From positions 30,001-62,000 of the forward strand of contig PRDJ01000057.1 of assembly GCA_003345555.1 (NCBI GenBank): a stretch of 32,000 nt of DNA, in the 5' to 3' direction. Below, in pieces: positions 8,122 to 16,918 of the stretch; position 1 is the stretch's first letter; each line of letters starts with the position of its first letter. Origin of the DNA: Candidatus Thorarchaeota archaeon (GTDB lineage Archaea > Asgardarchaeota > Thorarchaeia > Thorarchaeales > Thorarchaeaceae). The translations under genes were made by a program, and so were the position numbers. Under the pieces are notes generated by a model. The model was not told the origin of the DNA. It searched no databases and worked only from the letters and a program-made list of their open reading frames with translations.

Positions 8122-9570
8122 GTGACGAAGTCAATCTCTAGAAAGCACCGTCTTGCCTCGACATTTTCTCCCATGTGGCAGGCCCTTGCGCACACTCTCG
8201 CGGCCAAGTGTGAGACGTGCGGGCAACAAAGGATGGTGTCGATATTCCGGTTCTACTCGGAAGGTTATCATCCTAGCTGCAAGGGCTGTTTGCTTGCGTG
8301 TGCGACCATGATGCCGTTCATAGACCTGCTATTTCGACGACTCGGAATCGCCAAGAGCACGACAAAGTCACTACTAAGGGATCCAGTGATTCGTAGGTCT
8401 ATGGTAAGCGTTGTCAAGGGAATTGCGAGCTTTGGTATAAGGTATCCACAGCCCACCGGTGCACCCATCTCCATTGTATGGAACGTCACAAACAGATGCA
8501 ACCTGCGTTGTATTCATTGCCATCAGGACTCATCCCCCACCTGCTTGGACCCGGAATTGACTACCTCGGAGGCATATAGAGTCATAGATAACATGAGCGA
8601 AGCAGGACTCGTGACACTGACGTTCTCAGGAGGCGAACCCTTGGTTAGAAAAGACTTGTACGATCTGATCAAGAGGGCAGATGACAGCGGCCTACTATGC
8701 ACAATCGCATCCAATGGGACTCTTCTCACTGCAGAGACTGCTCGGGAACTCGCGAGAGCCGGAGTAAAGCGCGTCGAAATGGGCCTAGATGGGGCAAGAC
8801 CTGAAACGCATGACTTTCTGAGAAACCGACCTGGTAGCTTTGAAGCAACCGTTGCGGCAGTCCGTGCCTGCGCTGCTCAGGGCTTCGATGAGATTGCCAC
8901 CACCATGACTTTGCACTCGAAGAACGTCGATGAACTGGAAGATACGATGGAGTTGGCCGAGAAGCTGGGCGCAACGAGATTCTATCTGAACCGACTCATA
9001 CCTGCAGGCCGGGGAGTGGATGTGTCCTACCTTGATGTGACAGCCAAGCAGAAAGCAGACGCGCTCAAGACGTTGTACTCCAAGTTCTACAAGAGCGCAA
9101 CCTGCGGGTCCGGGATGCAGTGCTACGCTCGAGGGATGACATACTACGCACGTCTAGGCTATGAACACTCTCGCGGCAGAATCTTCACAGTGAGTGAATC
9201 GTTGTCAGGTCACGAAAGGATGTTCGAAGACAAGTTTGGGTCTGCAGTATCCGGCATTGTCAGGAGACTCGCAGAGGGCTTCGGAGGATGTTCTGCAGGG
9301 TTAACTTATGCTGGTCTCACTGCTTCGGGTGATCTGTTACCATGCGTTCCTGCGGCAGAACCATTAGGCAATCTGCTCACGCAGAGTCTCGAAGATATAT
9401 GGGTTCACAATCGAGTATTGGATTACATCAGAAACCGCAAGGCATTGAGAGGCAACTGTGGGGAGTGTGCGTACAACCATCTGTGCGGCGGCTGCAGATA
9501 CACGGCCTATGTAGCTACAGGTGATTGGTTGGGAACTGATGTCTCTTGCCCCTTTGGTCCGGCATCATAG
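8122..9570 (+). CDS. radical SAM/SPASM-domain protein (PqqE/AhbC/NirJ-like) with a Cys-containing N-terminal extension
   Basis: CNLRCIHC, FSGGEPL, SPASM CSAG...PC...CGECAYNHLCGGCR...DVSC. N-terminal CETC and CKGC. Confidence 0.9.
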   Translation: MTKSISRKHRLASTFSPMWQALAHTLAAKCETCGQQRMVSIFRFYSEGYHPSCKGCLLACATMMPFIDLLFRRLGIAKSTTKSLLRDPVIRRSMVSVVKGIASFGIRYPQPTGAPISIVWNVTNRCNLRCIHCHQDSSPTCLDPELTTSEAYRVIDNMSEAGLVTLTFSGGEPLVRKDLYDLIKRADDSGLLCTIASNGTLLTAETARELARAGVKRVEMGLDGARPETHDFLRNRPGSFEATVAAVRACAAQGFDEIATTMTLHSKNVDELEDTMELAEKLGATRFYLNRLIPAGRGVDVSYLDVTAKQKADALKTLYSKFYKSATCGSGMQCYARGMTYYARLGYEHSRGRIFTVSESLSGHERMFEDKFGSAVSGIVRRLAEGFGGCSAGLTYAGLTASGDLLPCVPAAEPLGNLLTQSLEDIWVHNRVLDYIRNRKALRGNCGECAYNHLCGGCRYTAYVATGDWLGTDVSCPFGPAS

Positions 9571-9814
9571 GATTGTTTGATTGGTCATTCAAAGTGAAGC
9601 ACGGCAATAATAACATTGACAACCAACAAACTGAGTCTCGTTTGAATGGTATATGCAAGGTTCCGAACGAGTCACCGACGGGTTGACAGTGGGTATCCCG
9701 GGTTGTCAGAACCATGAACTGATCTAAATACGGGGCTGTGACATGTCGGACTTCGAGAGGACCAAAGTCATGATATCCGCAGTCGGGGCGAATGCAACAA
9801 CAATCCCTGTAGCG

Positions 9815-10012
9815 TCAGTCTAGTTTCCCATGTTCTCTCCAGCACGGAAGACCGATTGAGTTCAAGACTGTCTCTCTCTTGTTTGCACCGAACCTTGAAC
9901 AGACAACATAGGTCTGCGGGCGACCTTCAGTACGGCTTGCGAACGAGGAGATTTTGTGGGCGCAGTTCATGCAGCTCTTTATCGAAACCACGTTCCAAGC
10001 CTCCTTGATCAA
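9815..10012 (-). CDS. possible small Cys-rich (metal-binding) protein
   Basis: 65-aa ORF with CMNC...C...C in otherwise unassigned DNA. TTG start. No homology evidence. Confidence 0.4.
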   Translation of the reverse strand: MIKEAWNVVSIKSCMNCAHKISSFASRTEGRPQTYVVCSRFGANKRETVLNSIGLPCWREHGKLD

Positions 10013-10131
10013 CGGATGTCACACTATCGTCACTAGGTCTCCTGCCAGATTAAAGAGTCTTGTCATGGCAAAGAACTGGCAGTGCGCTTATATCGTGGCA
10101 TATGACGCGAATTCCGACAGGTATTCCTGAT

Positions 10132-10524
10132 ATGGATAGGAGTAAGTACCATCGACTGATGTTCCTCATTGCGGCAATATGGAACTGGGCATTAGCGGCA
10201 ACTTTCCTGATACTCCCCAGAATCGACATCAACTATTTTCTGCTTGGCGGATATACAATTCCACCAACACTGCTCTGGTTTGATTGCTTCATGGGTGAGA
10301 TTCTTGCCTTCGGATTCGGTTTCTATATTGTGAGTCTAAATGTCAAGGCTAACCACGGGATTATCGTAATTGGCGCTTTCGAGAAGCTATGGGTGTTCGC
10401 ACTAAGCCTCTACTATTTCCTTATACATGAGGCAACCCCATTGCTGCTCCTAGTTGTTGTCGGAGACCTTCTCTTCGCTCTGCTTTTCATCGAGGACTTA
10501 CGGGCAATTCGCAGGATGACATAG
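10132..10524 (+). CDS. hypothetical membrane protein (about 4 TM)
   Basis: Four hydrophobic segments. CTTATAT at 10087-10093 upstream of ATG 10132. Confidence 0.75.
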   Translation: MDRSKYHRLMFLIAAIWNWALAATFLILPRIDINYFLLGGYTIPPTLLWFDCFMGEILAFGFGFYIVSLNVKANHGIIVIGAFEKLWVFALSLYYFLIHEATPLLLLVVVGDLLFALLFIEDLRAIRRMT

Positions 10525-10568
10525 TTGCCACAGACTCGTTCGTCATAGTCTGAACGCATATCGACCCG

Positions 10569-10595
10569 GAAGGAGCGGCCAAGAAGCCCTCCTTC
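10569..10595 (+). repeat. 27-bp hairpin element, copy 2
   Basis: GAAGGAG-C-GGC-CAAGAA-GCC-CTCCTTC, 45 bp after the stop at 10524. Near-identical to 7881-7907. Confidence 0.7.
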
Positions 10596-10729
10596 ACATT
10601 CCATTGAAGAATCCCGTTGCAGGCAGACACGATAGCCCTTGCTGCCTAGTCGATTGCTCAATTCCCACAAGCCTTTTTTCCCCGCTCAGGTCTCGTAGGC
10701 CGTCTTCCAGATTACGGACGTTAGTATCC

Positions 10730-13129
10730 ATGGCGAGCACATGTGCACCCCCGACTGCTTTGTGGCAACCATCAAAGCAGCTATCCCCTCGTATCAAGAG
10801 ACTAAGGGACGAGTACTTTGCGTTCGAACAGAGGTCGAAGTACTTCACAAATGAGGTCCGAGCCTACACAACTGGACGCCCTTGGGATCAGGTGTATAGC
10901 TTCAACCAATGGGGTGTAACCCCTGAGGCTATCCCGTTTATGCCGGGATTCAGAGACAGCCTGCGAGCTTTGGCGGAGCCAGTGCGATTTGATGATGAGA
11001 TGTTCAAGTTCTCGATTGCTGAGCGGCGTGCACACTTCCTTAACGAGGTTCTTGCAAAGCACTTGCCTGTGATGATACTTGACGGAGAGCTAATAGTAGG
11101 TAGTTACTTCAACACAGCACTCAGCAAGGTCCTCACCAAGGACGAACAGAAGGAGTGGAACAAGGGTCAGAGCCTCTTCTACAAGGAGCTGAAACACAGA
11201 TGTGATACTGGCGAGTTCAACTACGGGGCTATCCCTGGCCACCTAGTTCCTAACTACCCAAAGGTATTGCAGAAAGGATTCAGGGGAATTCAGGAAGATT
11301 TGAAGGCGCTGTCGAGCAGGATTCGCAACCCTAAGCATCAGGCTTGGCTCAGGGCACTCATACTTTCGTGTGAAGCAGCACGTATCCTATCTGAACGGTA
11401 TGCCTCCGAGGCAGATCGTCTTGCCCAACTGGAGAACAACCCGGCGCGTCGTCGTGAGCTTGAGACAATCGCCCGCACATGCCGCAAGGTCCCTTGGGAG
11501 CCCGCCGAATCTTTCTGGGAAGCTATCCAATCTCTATGGATGACTCACATGCTTGTAATGGCCGCTGAAAGCTATCCCGGGCCCGGCACGAGTCCCGGAC
11601 GTATCGATCAGTATCTTGCGCCCTACTACGAGCGCGACCTGAAGAAGTGTGCTTTGACGCGCGAGTTTGCCAAGGAGTTGCTTGAGTGCTACTGGATCAA
11701 GCACAACTACGCCTACGATTTCCAAGCTAGGGTGGGCAACTCTCAAGGCATCAATTCTAGCTTCGGCCAGCTGATTACCGTCGGTGGCATCAACAGCGAC
11801 CACGAAGACAGCAGCAATGACTTGACTTGGCTCATTCTCGAAGTAATTGAAGAGACGAACCTGTTAGAGCCAAAGCCCAACATACGCCTTCATGCCAATA
11901 CACCCGAACCCCTGATGCGGCGCGTTGCTCAAATGGTCGCTCGTGCACAGGGCAGCCCCTTCCTAATTAACTTCGACGAGACCGCGATAAGAGGTCTAAT
12001 CTGGCAAGGGGTTCCGCCAGAAGAAGCTTGGAACTATGCTCCTGTGGGCTGCCTAGAGAATACCATGATTGGCAATGATGTCTCGGGCACGGTTGACGTT
12101 AACCCCAACATAGCCAAGGCGATTGAACTCACTCTCAGTAATGGGAAGGATATTCGGCTTGCCCTTCAGCTCGGCCCCATGACTGGTGATCCACTCGCCT
12201 TCAAGACCTTTGCTCAGTTCTACAACGCTTTCAAAACCCAAGTCCGCGCATTGCTTGATCGCGCAATTCAGGCGAACGATTTTGCTGATAGTCTACGTGT
12301 GAAGTTCGAACCAGTTCCTTACCTATCACTTATCGTCGATAATTGTGCTGAGTCTGGCAAAGACTGTCGCGCCGGTGGCGCCAAGTACAACTTCATTACT
12401 GTTGAAGCCTTAGGGCTTGCGACGGCGGCTGACTCTGTTGCAGCAGTCCGGAAACTTGTCTATGACGAACAACGTGTGACCATGGACCGACTCGTTCACG
12501 CTCTCCAGACCAACTTTGAAGAAGATGAAGAGCTTCGGCAGATTCTGTTGCATCACGCACCTAAGTTCGGGAACGATGATTCAGCCGCCGATGAGTTTGC
12601 GCGCGAAATCTCTCGCCTCTGGGGTGAATACGTCTTCCAGCGTGCTGCTCCTGCGAGCGGCAGGCGATACAGAGGCGGGTATCTAAGCTGGAACTACTTC
12701 ATCAGTTTCGCTCCGAAAACAGCAGCAACGCCTGATGGCCGCCGGCGGGGTGAGTACTTGTCCAATGGTGTCTGCCCTGCTCAGGGTAGAGACCTTCGGG
12801 GACCAACAGCGGCGGCCATTAGCGTGGGCAATCTTGGCCTTGAAGTACAGCCCAATGGTTCATCACACACTATCACCTTCAGCCCTTCGTCGCTTCGTGA
12901 TGAAGAGCATCTTGAGAAGCTCGTAGCATTCCTTCGCACCTACGGCAAGGTCGGTGGCACCGCCATCCAAACCAATGTTATCAGTCCGGATACTCTTCGT
13001 GCCGCACAACAACATCCTGAGGACTACCGAAACCTTCTCGTCCGTGTCACGGGCTACAATGCCTACTTCACTACGCTGGGAAAGGAACAACAGGACGAAA
13101 TCATCAATCGAGTCAGTCACGAGCTGTAG
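10730..13129 (+). CDS. glycyl radical enzyme (PFL2/eliminase-type superfamily), substrate unknown
   Basis: Single-Cys loop APVGCLE, PKFGNDD, ATPDGR, and C-terminal LLVRVTGYNAYF glycyl-radical motif. Start moved to ATG 10730. Confidence 0.92.
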   Translation: MASTCAPPTALWQPSKQLSPRIKRLRDEYFAFEQRSKYFTNEVRAYTTGRPWDQVYSFNQWGVTPEAIPFMPGFRDSLRALAEPVRFDDEMFKFSIAERRAHFLNEVLAKHLPVMILDGELIVGSYFNTALSKVLTKDEQKEWNKGQSLFYKELKHRCDTGEFNYGAIPGHLVPNYPKVLQKGFRGIQEDLKALSSRIRNPKHQAWLRALILSCEAARILSERYASEADRLAQLENNPARRRELETIARTCRKVPWEPAESFWEAIQSLWMTHMLVMAAESYPGPGTSPGRIDQYLAPYYERDLKKCALTREFAKELLECYWIKHNYAYDFQARVGNSQGINSSFGQLITVGGINSDHEDSSNDLTWLILEVIEETNLLEPKPNIRLHANTPEPLMRRVAQMVARAQGSPFLINFDETAIRGLIWQGVPPEEAWNYAPVGCLENTMIGNDVSGTVDVNPNIAKAIELTLSNGKDIRLALQLGPMTGDPLAFKTFAQFYNAFKTQVRALLDRAIQANDFADSLRVKFEPVPYLSLIVDNCAESGKDCRAGGAKYNFITVEALGLATAADSVAAVRKLVYDEQRVTMDRLVHALQTNFEEDEELRQILLHHAPKFGNDDSAADEFAREISRLWGEYVFQRAAPASGRRYRGGYLSWNYFISFAPKTAATPDGRRRGEYLSNGVCPAQGRDLRGPTAAAISVGNLGLEVQPNGSSHTITFSPSSLRDEEHLEKLVAFLRTYGKVGGTAIQTNVISPDTLRAAQQHPEDYRNLLVRVTGYNAYFTTLGKEQQDEIINRVSHEL

Positions 13130-13147
13130 CCGAGAGTTGATGCCCTA

Positions 13148-14119
13148 TTGTCTCCAGAGAATCTAGCAAATTCCGGCATTGTGCTGAACGTTCAGCGGTT
13201 CTCGACGGAGGATGGCCCAGGCATTCGCACGACGGTCTTTCTGAAGGGCTGTTCATTACGGTGCGACTGGTGTCAAAACCCAGAATCATGGACCTTGGTG
13301 CCTCAAGTCGTCTGGTACAAAGACAGGTGCATTGGGGCACGGCATTGCCTGTCTGCATGTCCGAAGCAAGCTCTGACGCTGACATCGAGAGGAATGGTCA
13401 TTGACAGAAAGCGGTGCGATGGTTGTGGGAGTTGCGCCTCTGTGTGTCCTCCCGGGGCCATTGAAGTGCTCGGGGTTCGACGCACAGTAGATGACGTAAC
13501 TGCTGAGGTTTTGCGCGATTGTGTCTTCTATGAACAATCGGGTGGAGGTGTTACACTCAGCGGCGGCGATCCTCTCTTTCAGTTCGGTTTTGCTCACGAA
13601 CTACTCCGACGTTTCAGATCCCACGGCTTGCACACAGCACTAGACACGGCAGGCTATGCCAAGCAAGAGCAGTTTCAAGCATTGGTTGACAACTCCAACC
13701 TTGTCTTACTAGATCTGAAACTGATGGAACCAACCCAGCACCAAGCATTTACAGGAATCCCTCTTGAACCGATTTTGCGAAACGCGACGTGGTTGGGTGC
13801 TCAATCCAAACCCATATGGATTCGGACGCCCATAATTCCTGGATTCACGGACAGCACGGATAACATCAAGACGATTGCTACTTTCATTCGCGAGAACCTT
13901 CCGAGGGTAGAGCGATGGGACCTTCTTGGTTTCAACAAGCTTTGCATTTCGAAATGGCAAAGGCTCGATATGCCCTTTGCATGTGCTGATACCCCTCTTG
14001 TCAGTATAGACCAGATGGCTCATCTTATGGAAACTGCACGTGAGTCTCTTGTCTCGCGAATTACGTGGTCTGGAGTAACACGCGAGGCGATGGCATCTGT
14101 TCAACATCAGCTCGAATAG
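13148..14119 (+). CDS. glycyl-radical enzyme activating protein (radical SAM, ferredoxin insert)
   Basis: DGPGIRTTVFLKGCSLRCDWCQNPES, CDGCGSCASVC insert, GGVTLSGGDP. Lies directly after the GRE. Confidence 0.93.
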   Translation: MSPENLANSGIVLNVQRFSTEDGPGIRTTVFLKGCSLRCDWCQNPESWTLVPQVVWYKDRCIGARHCLSACPKQALTLTSRGMVIDRKRCDGCGSCASVCPPGAIEVLGVRRTVDDVTAEVLRDCVFYEQSGGGVTLSGGDPLFQFGFAHELLRRFRSHGLHTALDTAGYAKQEQFQALVDNSNLVLLDLKLMEPTQHQAFTGIPLEPILRNATWLGAQSKPIWIRTPIIPGFTDSTDNIKTIATFIRENLPRVERWDLLGFNKLCISKWQRLDMPFACADTPLVSIDQMAHLMETARESLVSRITWSGVTREAMASVQHQLE

Positions 14120-14132
14120 GTCGTATGAAAAG

Positions 14133-14951
14133 ATGGCAACGAAACTTCCCGCTGCAGCACGCGATGCTTTCGATTTGGACATGGCGGCAAAATTCATGGC
14201 AACACTAAACACCGAAGGTGAGCCGAACATTGCCCCGGTCATAACCACCTATCCATGGGACGACGAGACACTCATCTTCGGGGACTTCCTGATTCGAAAG
14301 ACGAAGGAGAACCTGCTCCGTGAGAAAGAGTCTCCTGTCTCTGTCGCCGTAATGACTCTCGGCTTCAGTGTCTTCGAGGTGCAAGGTCGGTTTCTGGGCT
14401 TCGAAACAAAGGGCCCCAAGTTCGATCGGATGAGCAGCAAGGATTTGTTTCGATACTCTGCCATTGGCCTGCTAAGGAGTGTCGGAACCATAGCCGTTGA
14501 CAAAGTTCGTGCTATGCCCATGAGTAAGATGGGTATCGCGTCTGAGTGGTTGACAACCCGTATGGCGGCTAAGCGGCCAAAAGATGCGAAAGCTGGTCTC
14601 TCGATTCATCCGGTCGTTCGCGCTAAAGTCGGTGTGCTGAATGGTGCCAAGTTCCTCGCAGTCGCTCGAGGCCCTTTGGTAGAGCAATTTCCTGTCTTGT
14701 GCCTTCAGCCTGCCGGCCACGACCACGTCGTCTTTCGCACCAAGTTAGTCAGTGACCGGCGAAAGTCTCTCAAGACGGGAGATTCCGTGGCCATCTCTGT
14801 TTTCACAATGGATCCTCAAGCTTACCAGCTTAAGGGCAAGTTCGTTGACTATCGCCGAGTGCGTGGCTTTGAAGTTGGGTTGGTGAACGTTACAAGCGTT
14901 TGGACCCAGGTGCCACCAATACCCGGGGCTGAAATCATCTACAGGGGATAG
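14133..14951 (+). CDS. tandem pyridoxamine-5'-phosphate-oxidase-like (FMN-binding split barrel) protein
   Basis: KFMATLNTEGEPNIAPV...KTKENL...YEV/FEVQGRF pattern, repeated in the second half (KFLAVARG...AYQLKGKF). Confidence 0.7.
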   Translation: MATKLPAAARDAFDLDMAAKFMATLNTEGEPNIAPVITTYPWDDETLIFGDFLIRKTKENLLREKESPVSVAVMTLGFSVFEVQGRFLGFETKGPKFDRMSSKDLFRYSAIGLLRSVGTIAVDKVRAMPMSKMGIASEWLTTRMAAKRPKDAKAGLSIHPVVRAKVGVLNGAKFLAVARGPLVEQFPVLCLQPAGHDHVVFRTKLVSDRRKSLKTGDSVAISVFTMDPQAYQLKGKFVDYRRVRGFEVGLVNVTSVWTQVPPIPGAEIIYRG

Positions 14952-15038
14952 CCGCAATCGGCTCTATTCGAGAAGTACACTCTATCATCCTCGCTTCGGC
15001 AGGTTGGTAATACACGGATATGACCTGTTGGTAGTACT

Positions 15039-16670
15039 TTACTTTGCAGTCACATCGAGGGCTATACTGTCCGCATGATCCCCGATTCTCTCGAGGTTCC
15101 TCACTGTCTCCACGAAAATAGTGTCTGCCTGTGGATTACAGATACCGGCTTCCATACGTGAAATATGACCAGCCCTCAGTTCTCTCTCCATAGCGTCGAT
15201 TTGTTCTTCCAGCCTTTCGGTCTGCTTTGCCAGTTCCAAATCCCTCGTTTTCAGCGATTGAATCGCTGTTGTATATGCTCCCTCGGCAAGGTCAAACATG
15301 CGGCTGAGATCTGATACTCCAGTGTCTGAGAAGGCAATGTTTCTGTTGACTCGATCCAAAGCAAACTCGGCGATATTGGAGGCGAGGTCTCCGACTCTTC
15401 TGATATCTACAATAACTGCAAGGAGTCTTGTTCTCCACAGGATATTGCCTTCATTCAGGTAGTCTTCTTTAATCTTGTCAATGAATTGCGCCGTCGCACT
15501 GCAGCTCTCTTCCACTTCGCGGTCTAGTCTTGTTACTCGATGAGAAGCATCAATGTCTCGCTTCAGCAAGGCCGCTCTACTCAGCTGAATCATCTGAATC
15601 GTGGTGTCGCCCGTTCTTGTCAGTTCTCGCTCGGCCTCGAGGAGTGCTGCTTGGGGGTAGTGTAGCATTTCGTCATCAAACATATGCTTGCCTACGACTT
15701 CTCCCTGCTTGTCGGGTATGATTATCTCACAGAGCCTGACGAGTCCGCCAACGAGAGGGATGAGTATCAGACTCGTGATTACGTTGAATATAGTATGACA
15801 GTTCGCTATCTGCCTCGGCAGGTCCGTTGCCGTAAGTGTGACTATCTCTGCGTACGGTGTTAGGAAGGGTAGGAACAAGATTACGCCTATGATCTTCATG
15901 AGCGACTGTGCGAGACTCGTCCTCTTGGCAGGCGAGGTTGCTCCTATTCCCGCTATCAGTTCAAAGAAAGTTGTCCCGATGTTGGCGCCCAACACGAGGG
16001 CAATTGCGGCTGGGAGGCTGACGAGGTTGCTTCTTCCCAAGGCGATTACCAGACTGACTGTGCCAGCGCTGCTGTTTGTGATGCCGGCAATGGCCGCTCC
16101 GACAAGGATTCCAGCTAAGGGATTCGTCGCAAATGTGGTCATTATGTTGACAAACGCCGGGCTCTGTGCGAGAGGCGCAGCAGCCTGCCCTATGAAATCC
16201 ATTCCAAGGAACATCAAGCCAAGGCTGAAGATTACATCAGCGACGAGCTTTGTTCTTTCTTTTCTTGAGAACATGCGAGCAAAGAAGCCGATTGCGATTA
16301 GCGGCCAGTATGCCATGCCGACTTCGAATGCGACGATTTGGGCCACTACGGTGGTACCGATTTCAGCACCCAACATAATGTTGACAGACTGCCGGAATGT
16401 CATAATTCCCGCATTCACGAAACCAATCAGAGTCAGGACCGTAATGCTTGAGCTTTGAGTCATAATTGTCGCGGCAGTGCCTGCAAACATGCCCTTGACG
16501 GGGTTATTGGACACTTTCTCGAGGATCTTGGCAACGCGAGCACCTGAGACTTTGCCCAGAGTCTCTCTAAGTCTGTACATCGCGAACATGAAGAGGCCGA
16601 GACCGCCCAGGATACTGAAGAGGAGCGGTAGTGCACTCCAAATGCCCAGTGCGATGTCAATGATTTGCAT
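15039..16670 (-). CDS. Na+/Pi cotransporter family protein with C-terminal PhoU-like domains
   Basis: TQSSSITV, GAEIGTT, GANIGTT, and C-terminal NLERIGDH. Hydrophobic N-terminal half. Confidence 0.92.
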   Translation of the reverse strand: MQIIDIALGIWSALPLLFSILGGLGLFMFAMYRLRETLGKVSGARVAKILEKVSNNPVKGMFAGTAATIMTQSSSITVLTLIGFVNAGIMTFRQSVNIMLGAEIGTTVVAQIVAFEVGMAYWPLIAIGFFARMFSRKERTKLVADVIFSLGLMFLGMDFIGQAAAPLAQSPAFVNIMTTFATNPLAGILVGAAIAGITNSSAGTVSLVIALGRSNLVSLPAAIALVLGANIGTTFFELIAGIGATSPAKRTSLAQSLMKIIGVILFLPFLTPYAEIVTLTATDLPRQIANCHTIFNVITSLILIPLVGGLVRLCEIIIPDKQGEVVGKHMFDDEMLHYPQAALLEAERELTRTGDTTIQMIQLSRAALLKRDIDASHRVTRLDREVEESCSATAQFIDKIKEDYLNEGNILWRTRLLAVIVDIRRVGDLASNIAEFALDRVNRNIAFSDTGVSDLSRMFDLAEGAYTTAIQSLKTRDLELAKQTERLEEQIDAMERELRAGHISRMEAGICNPQADTIFVETVRNLERIGDHADSIALDVTAK

Positions 16671-16918
16671 CTTAGCACAACAGGTCCCGACATCCTACAT
16701 ATGAAAGTTATGGACTGCAGTCTTCAACCATTGCTGTTTCAAGGGGCTCCTTAGAAGGCCGCCTGGTTCTGGCAACATCGTGAAGGGGAATCTGCCCAGG
16801 CAGCGAATCATCTAGGCGCACTAGGGTTGAGGCCTCGAGGAGGCCGGGGTCATGAACAATCCCCCGCAAGCAAATATAGGGCCGTCTTGCTCTTGAGATG
16901 ACGGGGCAACTCTGAATA

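Noticed and set aside
9681-9713. Imperfect hairpin GGTTGACAG...TGTCAGAACC as a tRNA or sRNA
   Set aside because: No cloverleaf, no TTC-loop arm, and no convincing C/D boxes.
10604-10729. 42-aa N-terminal extension of the GRE
   Set aside because: Low-complexity Ser/Arg/Pro text in probable promoter DNA. ATG 10730 is more plausible.
13709-14248. 179-aa minus-strand ORF
   Set aside because: Antisense across two confidently assigned genes.
15838-16458. 206-aa + strand ORF
   Set aside because: Antisense shadow of the well-supported Na/Pi cotransporter, with no motifs.
16740-16770. Possible third (reverse) copy of the 27-bp hairpin repeat
   Set aside because: Only short patches match (AAGG, GGCT, GCCGC), and spacing and stem are not preserved.
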